A stretch of DNA of 64,000 bases from Mobula hypostoma (taxonomy: Eukaryota). Both the position numbers and the translations under genes were made by a program. This document shows, piece by piece, positions 51,751-64,000 of this stretch; the stretch's first letter is position 1, and each line of letters begins with the position of its first letter. The stretch spans positions 97,528,001 through 97,592,000 of the forward strand of contig NC_086108.1 of the NCBI RefSeq assembly GCF_963921235.1, given 5' to 3'. The notes beneath the pieces are model-generated. The model was not told the DNA's origin and ran no database searches. It saw only the letters and a program-made list of their open reading frames with translations.

Positions 51751-52361
51751 AGAGTAGAATATAAAAGCAAGGATGTAATGTTGAAACTTTATAACACAAT
51801 TGCGAGGCCTCACTTGGAGTATTGTGAGCAGATTTGTACCCCATATCTTAGAAAGGATATGCTGAAACTGGACAGAGTTCAAAGGAGGTTCAAGAAAATG
51901 ATTCCAGGATTAAATGGCTTGTCATAAATAGAGCATTTGATGGCTCTGGGCCTGGAATCACTAGAATTCAGAAGAATGAGGGGTGACCTCATTGAAACCT
52001 ATCGAATGGTGAAAGGCCTTGACTCAGTGGATGTGCAGAGGTCATTTCCTCTGGAGGGAGAGTCTAAGGTCAGAGGACACAGCCTCAGAACAAAGGAGCG
52101 TCCTTTTAGAATGGAGATCTTTAGCCAGAGAGTGGTGAATCTGTGGAATTCTTTGCCTCAGGCAGCTGTGCAGCCAAGTCTTTATGTATTTTTAAGGCAG
52201 AAGTTGATAGATTCTTGACTGGTCAGGGCATGAAGGGATACGGGGAGAAGGTAGAAGATTGGGGCTGAGAGGAAATTGGATCAGCCACGATAAAATGGCG
52301 GATCAGACTCAATGAGCGAAATGGCCTAATTCTGCTCCTCTATCTTATGGTCTTATGGTCT
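51751..52361 (+). mobile_element. CR1 3' fragment
   Basis: RPHLEYCEQ, RRMRGDLIETY, SQRVVNLWNSLP and CR1 tail. Confidence 0.9.
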
Positions 52362-52544
52362 AAAATGAAAGCATTTAACACCCTTGTTCTCCAGTTGCAG
52401 GAGGGAAGGAAAAGAAACAACTATATTGATTACAGCTATATTGTCTTGACACAGGTCCTCCCCAGGTTACACCAGGCTTCAGTTCCTGACAATTAAGTAA
52501 TATAAGGGAAAGAACAGTGAGGGCTAATAACTAATAAGTGACTG

Positions 52545-53225
52545 GTGTCCGTTGTATCCGACGACGACAGTTAGATTTGTGCAGCTCTGTTGTGTATTTG
52601 TAGGTGACTACTAAGTCCAAGTTGTGAGCAGCATGGACGTCCACAATAAGGACACGAAAACCCTGCTAGATCTGGAAGTGGAGCCGCTGCTATTGCTTTC
52701 CTTCTCTTTCTCGGGCAATGATTAGTACCGCTCGGCCTCCCTCTTCCACGGTGATGTGAGCAGTTCTAATCAAGGCTCGCCAGCTACTCCAGTCTTATGC
52801 ACTCTGTTCCAGCCATTTTGGTACATGTGCAGTGTTGGCTTTCATGCGGACTTTGAATCTCTTACAGGGCCTGCCTTGATTCCTCTTGCCCATCAAAAGC
52901 TCACCATATAGTATTTGCTAGGGAAGTTGGGAATCCTTCATGTGTATGACATGACCTGTCCACCTAAGCTGAGCTTTTACAATCATTCCCTCAACACTCA
53001 TGGTCCCTGCCCTGTCGAGGACCACTGGGTTTGTAACTCAGTCCTGCCAACTGATGCCAAGGTTCGACCGCATATGGAATCCTGCTAGCATTTTGTGTAC
53101 GGTCCGGGTTTCAGGTCCATACAATGGACTGCTGAGGACAACAGCTTCGTACGCCTTTAGCTTTGTGGACAGGCAGACTTTGTGCTGGCTCAACACTCGC
53201 GATCGCAGTTGACCAAGGCTCCGGC
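52545..53225 (-). mobile_element. RTE-clade LINE 3' fragment
   Basis: Minus strand AQLRWTGHVIHMKDSQLP...ILYGELLMGKRNQGRP at ~52865-52975, typical of the RTE C-terminus. Confidence 0.8.
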
Positions 53226-53364
53226 TGGTCTAATGGTAACAAGAGATCACAGAATCTCTAAAATTAGAGATATGGAATGCAGAAGTGTTGAACCCCAGGT
53301 TTCAGGAAGTTCATGTTGCAGTGCACATCTAATGATTTTATAGAAAATTGGAATTATTTGTTCA

Positions 53365-53655
53365 TTTTATTTAGCTATACAGTGTGGTATAGGCCCTTCC
53401 GGCCTAATAAGCTGCACCAGCCAGGAACCCACCCTCTTATCCCTGGCCTAACCACAGGACAGTTTACAATGACCAATTAACCTATTAACCAGCCAGTCTT
53501 TAGAAGGTGGGAAGAAACCGGAGCACCTGAGGAAATACCGTGTGCTCACGGGAAAGACGTACAAATCTTTTACAGAGGATGCCGGAGTTGAACTCTGAAC
53601 TCTGATGACCCAAGCTGTAATAGGATCGTGCTAACTGATACTTTACTGTGGTGCC
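53365..53655 (-). mobile_element. V-SINE/HE1-like SINE
   Basis: Homologous to 32400-32672 (TTTCCTCAGGTGCTCCGGTTTCTTCCCAC). Confidence 0.75.
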
Positions 53656-55777
53656 TCTGAAATCAAGAGCTGGTTTGTTACTTAATTAAGTAATTTAATT
53701 GCTAAATTTCATGAACCCATTAACACCTACCTCACTATTTTGCTCTGTTTTTAGACTTTTTTCTATATTCTTACTGTAATTTACAGTAATTTTAAAAATG
53801 TTTTGCACTGTACTAGTTTTTAAATGTTTTGCACCATACTAGTGCCACAAAACAATAAATTTCAAGATATACATCAGAGGTAATAAACCGGATTCTGAAT
53901 CTATAATCTTTCTGCAACCACCAATTTGCTATCAAAACCTCTTTTCACTCTGAATCGAGTTTCAGTGTAATCTTGTCAGCTGAAGATTGTAAGTGCTGCA
54001 CAAATTTACACTCAGGCAGATCAGCTTTGACTGGTCTCCTGGTGTGCACCAGTTTCAATAAATCGGCCGTTATTTTGAACGCCAAGTCAGTGTGGCCTTT
54101 CCATTTGCTCTTACATGTACATAACCCGAACAGCTTGCAGTTCAGATGTACCACCACCCGGCAATGTACGTGAATGGAAAACTGAGGCCAACCAAAAGGG
54201 CAAATGTGATCCTGAACTCAACAATTCAGATTTCTCTGAAAGATGCAGTAATGTTGCCGTCAAGTGAGTTCCCACACAGCAGAAGATGCCTGCAGCCCCT
54301 CAGAAGCTAATAAAACCATCCCACTGATCTCCTGGATGTATATACTGGCTGCACAAACATCAGACATTGGTATCCTGGGAAGATGTACAGTATATCGAAC
54401 TTCCTTCTATTACAAAAATATCACTTCCCATATAATCTAGGCTTTCCAGTGTACATTTGGAACCCCTAGACTTAAAAGCAAAGTTAATGTTTTAAGTCAC
54501 TCAAAGGAGCAGAATTAGGCCAATCAGCCCATCGAGTCTGCTGATTTGTTATCTCCTCAGCCCCATTCGTCTACCTTCTCCCCATAACCTTTAATACCCA
54601 TGTTAATCAAGAACTTATCAACTTTTGCTTTAAATATACCTGATGACTTGGCTCCACAGCCTTCCATGCCATGAATTGCACAGATTCACCACCCTGTGGC
54701 TCAGGAGCCACTTGATAATACGTAACCCCCTCCTTCAACCACTACCACTCGCCCCTCGTCATTCCTGAACTTGTCTCAGGATTATATTTGCAGCATCGCC
54801 AATGTTCCCAAATATCTTCTCTATTTACCCATCTATTCTCTAAAGCCTGAGATTAGATCCCTTGCATTTTTGAGCCTCTTTATCTCAAGTACCCACTACT
54901 GTCACACCTCAATGAACTTTGGTCCCAGCTACTCACTCCTGGGACGGATGAGTTTAGACATCTTTCAGCCAGCACCCTTCACTCCACCCGCTCCCCACCA
55001 ATTGGTCATCACTTTGCCTCGATGACCACACACACTGCCAGCAAATTCCAAATGATGTTTTAAATTACACTTTAGCATAGGTTAAAAACAATTATTTTCA
55101 AATGGAAGCTTTTTTATTCTTCATTCACATTCTTTCTTTACTTAATAGGACATCTAGTGGTAGAGCACATAACAACATTGGTTTCAAATATTCAGAAAAT
55201 GTCAGGCTAAACATTGCTTTATACAAAGAATGGCGGGTTAAAATGTTACTGCAGCAGGTCTGATGAACTTCTTCTGGGGTCATGGAGGGAAGAGTTTTAT
55301 TAAGAGCAGAAGAGCGTCAAGAGATCATGTGTAAAATGGTAGATTCTCTGAATTTAGGAGACACAAGAGACTGCAAATGCTGGAATCTGGAGCATCGTAC
55401 AAACTACTGGAGGTCAAGCTGTATATATAGAGAGAAAGGGACAGTTGATGTTACAGATCAAAATCCTTCACCCACACTGTGAAATATCATGACACCCACA
55501 TTGTTTAACATTTACCATGGCTGCAGCCACATCAAATGTGCATTGCAAGCTGATTAATTCAGGGCTGCAATCCAAGTGCTTTGATAGGCACAGAACTATG
55601 CAAATCCACATCCAATGGTGCACTAATACACCATTTATAGTGCCAAATTAATTTACCAATGGATGTCCATTTCATTCATTAAAGAAACAAGTGCCGCATG
55701 ACCAGAGATTTGGTCTATCCTTTCTCAACCTAGAATGAAAAAGTGTTTGGAAAAGTTGCATTTTCAACTGCAAAGCT

Positions 55778-56380
55778 CGCTGTTCCCTCTAAGTTGCATA
55801 GGTGTGCATCCATGTGGAACTCAAATGCTTCGGTGCACATAGTTTTTGTTGCTGTGTAAATGGAATTTTCTTTTATATATTGTTAATATAATTTTGAAAT
55901 CTATGTTAATATAATTGTAAAATACCCTGTAATTAATTGTGTTAATGAATATAACCCATAAATTTTCTAAATAATAAACGTACCATAACCTCTACTTTGA
56001 AATATTTTAGAGCTTCTATGTATTTACGTTGTCAGTGCTTCAAGTTAAAACACTGTCACAAGTTGTAACAATAAACACAGAATGGAAGCCAGTAGCTCAT
56101 TGTTAGTAAACCACTGGCCTGCTGAACACCAACGCTGTCTAAAAAAGGTTTACAAAACATGAGGGATTTTATTTGTTGTACTGTATTTCGTGATACCCTT
56201 CAATTAATAAATAAAATCAAAAGTATGTGATATTTCAATTTTCATTCTAAATATTCACAGCATGCATGCTACAAAAAAACCAGCAACATTTAAGTACTGC
56301 CCAGTTTTCAGGACGTGTAAAAATTTCCTGCTCAGAGCAATGGTTGGTCCACGCAGCTGTAAGAAAAATAGAGGGATCTT
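55778..56380. mobile_element. AT-rich non-autonomous DNA transposon (MITE)
   Basis: Imperfect TIRs GTTCCCTCTA...TAGAGGGATC around an AT-rich non-coding core. Confidence 0.5.
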
Positions 56381-56716
56381 CAGTAGAGCCGGTCCTGTGC
56401 TAGTCAGGAAGGGTGTTAAACTAAAATGATGATACTGAGAAACTCATTCCCTTCCCACCCTGAATTGGTGGCACTAAATGTGCCACAGGAAATCCACACA
56501 GTGACAGGGAGAACGTTCAAGCTCCTTACAGACAGTGGCAGGAATTGAATCTGGGATGCTGGCACTGTAATAACTTCATGCTAACTGCTACACAACTTTG
56601 CCACTCAGTATCCTTTTGTTATATAACAGTAGATTGCGATTTGAAATTACAGTCTACTCAGGATTTAACGTCCTGACGATGTTGATCTTTGATCCACATC
56701 CAGAACTAGAAAGATA

Positions 56717-58322
56717 CAGTGCCTATAAAAAGTATTCACCCTCCCTTTGAAGTGTTAATGTTTTATTGTTTTACAACATTGAATCACATTGGATTTAATT
56801 TGGATTTTTTGGCACTGATCAACAGAGAAAACTCTTATGTGTCAAAGTGAATACAAGTTTCTACAAATTGGTCTGAATTTATTACAATTATTAAATACAA
56901 AAAATTGATTGCATAATTATTCACCCCCCCCCCAAATCAGTATTTAGTAGATGCACCTTTGGAAGGAATTACAGCCTCGAGTCTGTGTGGATTGTTCTCT
57001 ATCAGCCTTGCATGTCTAGACACTGTAATTTTTCCTCCATTTTTCTTTGCAAAACTGCTCAAGCTCTGTCAGATTGCATGGGGATTGTGAGTAAACAGCA
57101 CTCTTCAAGTCCAGCCACAAATTTTCAATTGGATTCAGGTCCAGACTCTGACCTGTTCACTACATGGCATTAACTTTGTTGTTTTTAAGCCATTCTTGTT
57201 TCGCTTTGGCTTTATGCTTGGGGTCATTGTCTTGCTAGAAAACAAATCTTCTCCCAAGTCGCAGTTCTCTCGCAAATGACATCAGGTTTTCATGCATTTT
57301 GCTGCATACATTTTACCCTCTACCTTCCAAGCCTTCCAGGACCTGCTGCAGTGAAGAATCCCCACAGCATGATGCAGCCACTGCCATACTTCACGATAGG
57401 GATGGTGTGTTTTTGATGATGTGCAGTGTTTGGCTTATGCCAAACATAGCATTTAGTCTGATGGCCAAAAAGCTCAATTTTGGTTTCATCAGACCATAGA
57501 AGCTTCTTCCAGCTGACCTCAGAGTCTCCCGCATGCCTTCTGGCAAACTCTAGCTAAGATTTCATGTGAGTGGCTTTCTCTTTGCCACTCTCCCATAAAG
57601 CTGAGACTGGTGAAACAGTTGTTATATGTGGAGTCTCTCCCATCTCAGCCACTGAAGCTTGTAACTCCTCCAGAGTTGTCATAGGTCTCTTGGCCTCCCT
57701 CACTAGTCTCCTTCTTGCAGGGTCACTCAGTTTTTGAGGACAGCCTGCTCTAGGCAGATTTACAGCTGTGCCATATTCTTTCCATTTCTTGATGACTGAC
57801 TTAACTGTACTCCAATTCAGTGACTTGGAAATTTTCTTGTATCCATCTCCTGACTTGTGCTTTTCAATAACCTTATCGCGGAGTTGCTTGGAGTGTTCTT
57901 CTATCTTCATGGTGTAGTTTTTGCCGGGACACTGGCTCACCAGCAGTTGGACCTACCAACTACTGGTGTATTTTTACTATAATCAATTGAAACACCTTGA
58001 CTGCACACGGGAGATCTCTATGTAACTAATTATGAGACTTCTAAAACTAATTGGTTGCACCATTGATGGTTTGGTGTGTCATATTAAAAGGTGGTGAAGA
58101 CTCATGCAATCAACTATTTTGTGTTTTATATTTGTAATTAATTTAGATCACTTTGTGGAGATTTGTTTTCACTTTGACATGAAAGGGTCTTTTTCTGTTG
58201 ATCGGTGTCAAAAAAAGCCAAATTAAATCCACTGTGATTCAATGTTGTAAAACAATAAAATATGAAAATAAAATATGAAACCTTCTGGGGGGGAGGGAGG
58301 TGAATAGCTTATACAGGCACTG
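56717..58322 (-). mobile_element. Near full-length Tc1-family transposon with decayed transposase
   Basis: TA-CAGTGCCT...AGGCACTG-TA with ~200-bp TIRs; ORF 57554-57940 HSKQLRDKVIEKHKSGDGYKKISK...GCPQKLS (paired-like HTH); catalytic-region remnants downstream. Confidence 0.92.
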
Positions 58323-59354
58323 TAAATAAAACAGTAGAGATGGTCCAAGTCTAATATTATCAGGTTTCAAGACAAGTGCATCTTAAGAGGAGTAACTAGA
58401 GCGATGAAGATGTGAGTAATGATCCAGATTTGCCAGCATATGTTGAAGTCTTTTATTTATTGCACTTACACATAGACAAGAGCCACAATCAAAAAGACAT
58501 TTTCCTGCATGATTCACATTGCCTGTCCATAAAAGGAAGGAAATATCATATATTTTTTAAAAACACAAAAAATCAAATCCGGAAATCAAGAAGACAAAGC
58601 ACTTTTGAGCAGAAGCTAAAAGCACTGAAGGAAGCCCGCATCTAAAATTAAAGTTTTAATTTTTCCTTGTGAACCTAGAATGGATGACAAGTCTGTCCAA
58701 TGTGATGGGCGTCACTGGCACGCAAATCAGTGAATAGAAGTGCTTTTTGTGGCTTGGCTTCATGGGTGGACCCACACAAACAATAAGTAGTTTATCGGAA
58801 GATTGTTGCTTTCTGCCCCACAATTTTCCATCCATTTATGTAATGGACAGGAAATCATAGGGAAGGCACAGTAATTTTACAATAAGCTATCCACTACAAG
58901 TGCTGTAGCCTCTTTTAAGAAAACAAGATGTGGCTATGAACATTTGGAAGTTGTGTTCCTGAGTGCTCCTTTGAAATCTGGTGTTCTCCCAACAGCCACC
59001 ACCCTGCCTTTGAGGTTATCCCTAGCCCATAATCACTGGCGTTGACTTTCACTATCTGCGATGCCCTCAGTCTTGCTCTATTCTTAAAGCTGCCTGCAAA
59101 AAAAAAGTGCATTTCCTCCCTCATTCCAGGCGCATTGGTCTGATTTTGCTGCGCCCTCGAGAAACAATTACTTCTTAGGTTCAGTGGGGGAGGGCTGTGA
59201 CAACATGCTTCTTTTCACACTAGCAGATGCTCTTCGGCAATAGGGCTGGGGGAAATGTTTGTGCCAATTAAAGCCAGGACAAATGATTATGTGATTGCCT
59301 ACAGAATTAGATTGATGCAAGAAAGGCAATTAGTAATTACCATCCCATACCATA

Positions 59355-60697
59355 CACTCAGTGGCCACTTTATTAGGTATGTCCTGTATCTAATAAAGAG
59401 GCCACTGTGTGTATGTTCATGGTCTTCTGCTGCTGTGGCCCATCCACTTCCAGGTTCAACGTGTTGTGCATTCAGAAATGCTCTTATGCACACTGCTGTT
59501 GTACCATGTGGTTTTTATGAATTAGAGTGGCCTTCTCCTCTGACCTCTCTCATTAACAAGATGTTCTTGCCCACAGAACTGCTGCTCACTGGATGTTTCT
59601 GTTTCTTCGCACCATTCTCTGAACTCTAGAGACTGTTGTGCCCGAAAATTCTGAGAGAGCAACAGTTTCTGAGATACTCAAACCACCCCATCTAGCACCA
59701 GCAATCATTCAACATTCAAAGCCACTTCGATCGGCAGTGCCCAACCACCGGGACACGGACCGGTACTGGGCCGCAAAGCATGTGCTACCGGGTCGCGAGG
59801 AAATGATATGAGTCAGCTGCATCTTTCCTCATTCCCTGTCACGCACTGTTGAACTTGAACATAGGGTTGCCAACTGTCCCATATTTGCCGGGACATCCCG
59901 TATATTGGGCTAAATTGGCTTGTCCCATACGGTACCGCCCTTGTCCCGTATTTCCCCCGCTAAGGTAGAGCGTTCCTATGAAACCTTTCGTAAAGCGAAG
60001 AGGCAATTACCATTAATTTATATGGGAAAAATTTTTTTGAGCGTTCCTAGACCCAAAAAATAGCCTACCAAATCATGCCAAATAACACATAAAACCTAAA
60101 ATAACACTAACATATAGTAAAAGCAGGAATGATATGATAAATACACAGCCTGTATAAAGTAGAAATAATGTATGTACAGTGTAGTCGAGAAGATTAAGCC
60201 AAAACCAATTTGTGAAAAAAAATCCGCACGTACACGCATGTGCACGTCACGCATGTGCACACAGGTGCCCATGCAAGGCCTCATGGTCATGGTAGTCTTT
60301 CTCAGGGTAAACACAAGTGTCCCAGGATTTGATGGCTACTTTTGTCCCTTATTTGGGAGTGTGAAAGTTGGCAACCCTAACTGTAAAAGACATATTGAGG
60401 TGAGCTTAACCCTACTTGAACAATCACCCGCCACCACCCCCACCCTCCGCCTCCCCGGTCAGCCGGTCCGCAAGATTATTGTCAATATTAAACCGGTCTG
60501 CAGTGCAAAAAAGGTTGGGGACCCCTGACTTAGAACACATTTCTTACCATTCTGATGTTTGGTCTGAACATCAATGGAACCTCTTGACCATGTCTGCATC
60601 CTTTTATGCATTGAATTGCTGCCACGTGATTGTCTGATTAGATATTTGCATTAACATGCAGGTGTACAGGTATACCTAATAACATGGCCACTGAGTA
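59355..60697 (-). mobile_element. Non-autonomous Tc1-like element with a nested hAT element
   Basis: TIR CACTCAGTGGCCACTTTATTAGGTA; sequence resumes after 60527. Confidence 0.85.
59732..60527 (+). mobile_element. Non-autonomous hAT element, shorter relative of 35262-36593 in opposite orientation
   Basis: Right TIR GGTTGGGGACCCCTG; 8-bp TSD ACTTCGAT/ACTTAGAA; ~59870-60320 is the reverse complement of ~35385-35840. Confidence 0.85.
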
Positions 60698-61268
60698 TAG
60701 ATGTTATACTCCTTTAAGATTAGGACATTTCCAGTCCTGAAAAAATTGTTATTGAACCATTTTCTTATCCACAGTTTAGTATTTTCTTGGTAGCTGTTGA
60801 CACTAACTTTTAATTCTAGATTTAATTGCTTGAACTTAATTTTGCTAGAGGCACCATATTGGGACTTGAATGTTTGTCACCAGGTCAATAACATGTGCCT
60901 CCGGATATTAGTCAATGCACTTTGCCAAGATATATCTGGGCTCATTTATTTGGCAATGTCTGGTGGTGGTTTTAACATGATTAATAAGCAGAACCAGAAT
61001 CAGGTTTATTATCACTAACATATGCCGTGATATTTTTTGTTTTTCAGCACTGTACAATACATCAAAATTACCATAAATTTAAAGATAAATAAGGGGTGCA
61101 AAAGATAACAAATGAGATAGTGCTCAGAGGTTCATTCTGAAGTCTGATGGCAGAGGGAACATAACTGTTCCTAAAATATCGAGTGTGGTCTCTCAGGTTC
61201 CTGTACCTCATCCCGAATAGTAGTAATGAGAAGAGGGCACATCCCGGAGGGTGAGGGTCTTTAATGAT

Positions 61269-61436
61269 CTGCACCGGTGGCATCTACACCGGACTTCGAG
61301 GTGAGCGGACGCGGGCTTGAATCTGGCCGGCATCTCGTACGCTTTCCGTCGGTGTCAGGTTGAGTGTCGAGCTGGCAACTCTGCCTCGCAAAGAAACGGC
61401 AAGGTTGTTGCCCGATGTGCCGTAAGACGCGGGAAG
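61269..61436 (+). mobile_element. CpG-rich tRNA-derived SINE inserted in a Rex-like LINE
   Basis: Core GTCAGGTTGAGTGTCGAGCTGGCAACTCTGCCTCG matches the reverse complement of ~21402-21440. Confidence 0.7.
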
Positions 61437-63746
61437 GAGCCTTCTCGAGGCGTCACCTCGATGGCAGGGGTGACTGTGCATTTGGTGGAACTGGCTGAGT
61501 CGTCAATCCTTTGCAGGCTCTTGTGAACCTGTTCATTGGAGCTTCCATTCCAGTCAGAATGTTCTCCACCATCCAGCGCTATCAATTTCCAAAGGTTCTT
61601 GGTGGCATACCAAATCTCCTCAAACTCCAAATGCAGTAGAGTTGTTGGTGTGCCTTTTTCATGACTGTATCAATGTATAGGGCCCTCCATAGTCTTCTGA
61701 GGTCATCTGGTAGGGATCAAATGTGAACGAGCTACCCCAGAATGGATGTGATAAACTCCTTCACCAGTGATGCTACTCCTCGCTGGACACCCCATACACG
61801 CTGTGCTACGGAACAGATTTTAGGTGAGAGGAGGGTATTTTTAAGGGAGTTTCAGGTGAATGGGCGAATGATATTTTGAAAGTGCTGTCTGTGGACGTGG
61901 TGGAATCAGGTACGATCATTACATTTTAGAGGGATTTAGACAGGCATTTGAATATGCAAGACATAGAAGGATATAGACCTAGTGCAGGCAAATGAGGTTC
62001 ATGGAGTTGGGCAAAACACTGGTATGGTTGCAATGGGCCGAAGGGTCGGCTTTCTCCCTTGTACAAACCTACAACTCCATGATGTAAAAAGTTTTCAGTT
62101 CCCTCAAATTCAAAGTAAACGTGTTATCAAGATATGTACACTAGATTCATTTTCTTGGAGGCACCCACAGGAAAATAGAGAAACACAATAAAATCCATGA
62201 AAAAACACACATAACAAACCCCAACAACATCTAATGTGCAAACGAGGACAGATCATGCATACTGTTAAAAAAAATATACAAATAATACTGAGAACATGAG
62301 CTGCAAAGTTTCCAAAAGTGTGTCCACAGGCTGGGGAGTCAGATTAGCAAGTGAAACAATCCAAGCCATTCCAGCAGCCCAATGCTGCAGGGCAACATCT
62401 GTTCCCGAATCTGGTGGCATGGGACCCAAGGCACCTCCTGTTCAATGGCAGTACTGAGAGAAGAGGGAGACGAGTCAAACACAGGCAGGCCAGTAGCAAC
62501 GACTGACTCTGCCTTTTATTCTTGTTAGCTAACAGACAGACCACGGCCTGCGATAAAGAACTGAACGTGCAAGTATCGTTCATGCAGCACTTTGATCAAT
62601 TCTGGGTGATTTTTGCCAAGGTAGGTAGGAGGTGGACTTGGGGAGTTTGGGGTTGGTTGTGTAGGTCGATGGGAGAGGAGGGATTGGTGGTGGAGCATTG
62701 GTGGAAAGTGAATAGAGTTGGTCCTTTTGTCAAGATAGAAAGACATAACGACTTGCACAGCCCACACTCCTTCCCAAGATTGACCTGTGGCGAATAAAGT
62801 TCAGAGAATCTAGAGACTCCCCTGAGGGCAGGAGCAAGCCACAGGAATCCTGGAGAACACTGGATCCAGCCGGCACCTACCTCAGGGCCTGGGCTCAGAA
62901 GAGAAATGCGAAGGCTTCAGGGAGAGCAAGCGAAACAAGAATAACCAACTGAAGACTAAAGAGAAAAGAAAATGCACAGGGTAATAAATGAAAAATAAGT
63001 GCTTTTACACAGCTATATTTAAAGGCAAGAAAGCCAGAGTTCTTGCCACTTGTGTATTGGTTCCGCTCACTGAGAGAAACCATTCACTCATTTGTTTAAT
63101 CCTCTCAGTGTCTCCAATTTTCCCATGAAAGTGCACAACTGGGTGGATGAGATCAAGAGTCATATCATTATCAGACAGGCCACAGATATCATTATGAAAT
63201 CTGTGGCAGATTTGTGAGTGGTATCTCCCATCTCTTTGGTATGATTTTTGTTATTCTTTCGGTCGGGCTCCAGCATCCCGGGCAGTGCATCCGTGGCCAC
63301 TCCACACCCCCGGCTATACCACCTCCTTCTCCGCCCTTTCATCATTGGGACAGTGGATTTACGCTTTTTTATTCAATGCAGCTTTTGGTCTGAGTTTCTT
63401 CTTATTCAGGCACTGCCGCGGGCACTTGCTTTGGAAGAATTCTAGTTGGCAGGCTGATTCTGAAGTAAGTTTCCAGCACTCTGAGATATAACACAACAAC
63501 ACACTGAGCACGTTGCTTCTGAAGACCTTTACTTGCCTTGGTGCCTGCTGGATTTGACTTAGAATGAAACAGTGAAGAGGAACGAAGAGAAATTCCTCTC
63601 AGCCCTGGTACAGAATAGGTGCTATCAGATTGACCATTGTCTATTCATCAAAACCATCCAATATCTACATCTGCTGACTGCAGAAGAAAGAAGGATTACA
63701 CGCTGTATTTAATAAATCAGAATCGGGTTTATTATCACTGATATGT

Positions 63747-64000
63747 ACACTCAGTCACCACTTTATTGGGAACCTCCTGTACGTAATAGAGTGGCCACTG
63801 AGTTTATGTTCATGGTCTTCTGCTGCTGTAGTCCATCCACTGCAAGGTTTGATGTGTTGCTCTTCTGCACATCACTGCTGTGACGTGTGGTGACTTGAGT
63901 CACGGTTGTCTTCCTGTCAACATGAACCAGTCTGGCCATTCTCCTTAGACTTCTTTCATTAACAAGGCATTCTCGCCCACACTGGATGTTTCTTTGTTTT
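63747..64000 (-). mobile_element. Non-autonomous Tc1-like element running off the window edge
   Basis: TA-CACTCAGTCACCACTTTATT; homologous to 59355-59600. Confidence 0.8.

Noticed and set aside
53945..54270. Possible exon(s) in unique sequence, with a donor-like GTGAGT near 54264
   Set aside because: Weak acceptor, several frames equally open, no recognisable peptide.
58412..59124. Short ORFs in a repeat-free stretch
   Set aside because: No motifs or convincing paired splice sites; lengths are compatible with chance.
61264..61460. CpG-rich, hairpin-rich insert resembling a foreign structured RNA, an HDV-like ribozyme (GGCCGGCAT), a TGA-readthrough ORF or a RING fragment (CPMCRK)
   Set aside because: Its core matches the reverse complement of the SINE at 21328-21517, so it is a tRNA-derived SINE copy; the HDV pairing partner is absent.
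61700..61815. Short unclassified segment with small hairpins between Rex and CR1 fragments
   Set aside because: Stems of 5-7 bp are expected by chance; no boundaries or TSD could be defined.
1..64000. CRISPR arrays, operons, rRNA or true tRNA genes
   Set aside because: No regularly spaced repeat-spacer array or prokaryotic gene organisation seen; tRNA-like A/B boxes belong to SINE heads; most remaining short ORFs are antisense or off-frame products of repeats.

Overview
Eukaryotic, repeat-dominated window with no recognisable host protein-coding gene. The repeat mix suggests a cartilaginous fish, probably a ray (inference): abundant CR1 LINEs, Rex1/Babar-like LINEs, HE1/V-type tRNA SINEs, Penelope-like elements (PLEs), Tc1 and hAT DNA transposons, one RTE fragment and one LTR fragment. 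The long ORFs I can assign to a family are all transposon-derived, and many elements are nested. The clearest structured signal is a family of short PLE-derived elements carrying a minimal type I hammerhead ribozyme. These repeatedly integrate as inverted foldbacks, two of them with 14-bp target-site duplications (TSDs). The main unexplained item is a 257-bp CpG-rich orphan insert (40731-40987) that splits a CR1, is flanked by a 5-bp direct repeat and is almost exactly one intact 83-codon ORF. Two other orphan segments share its ATG-to-stop length and start motif, which may be chance. A few repeat-free islands carry a perfect NFI site, CCAAT boxes or good splice signals. Repeat boundaries were read by eye and are approximate.
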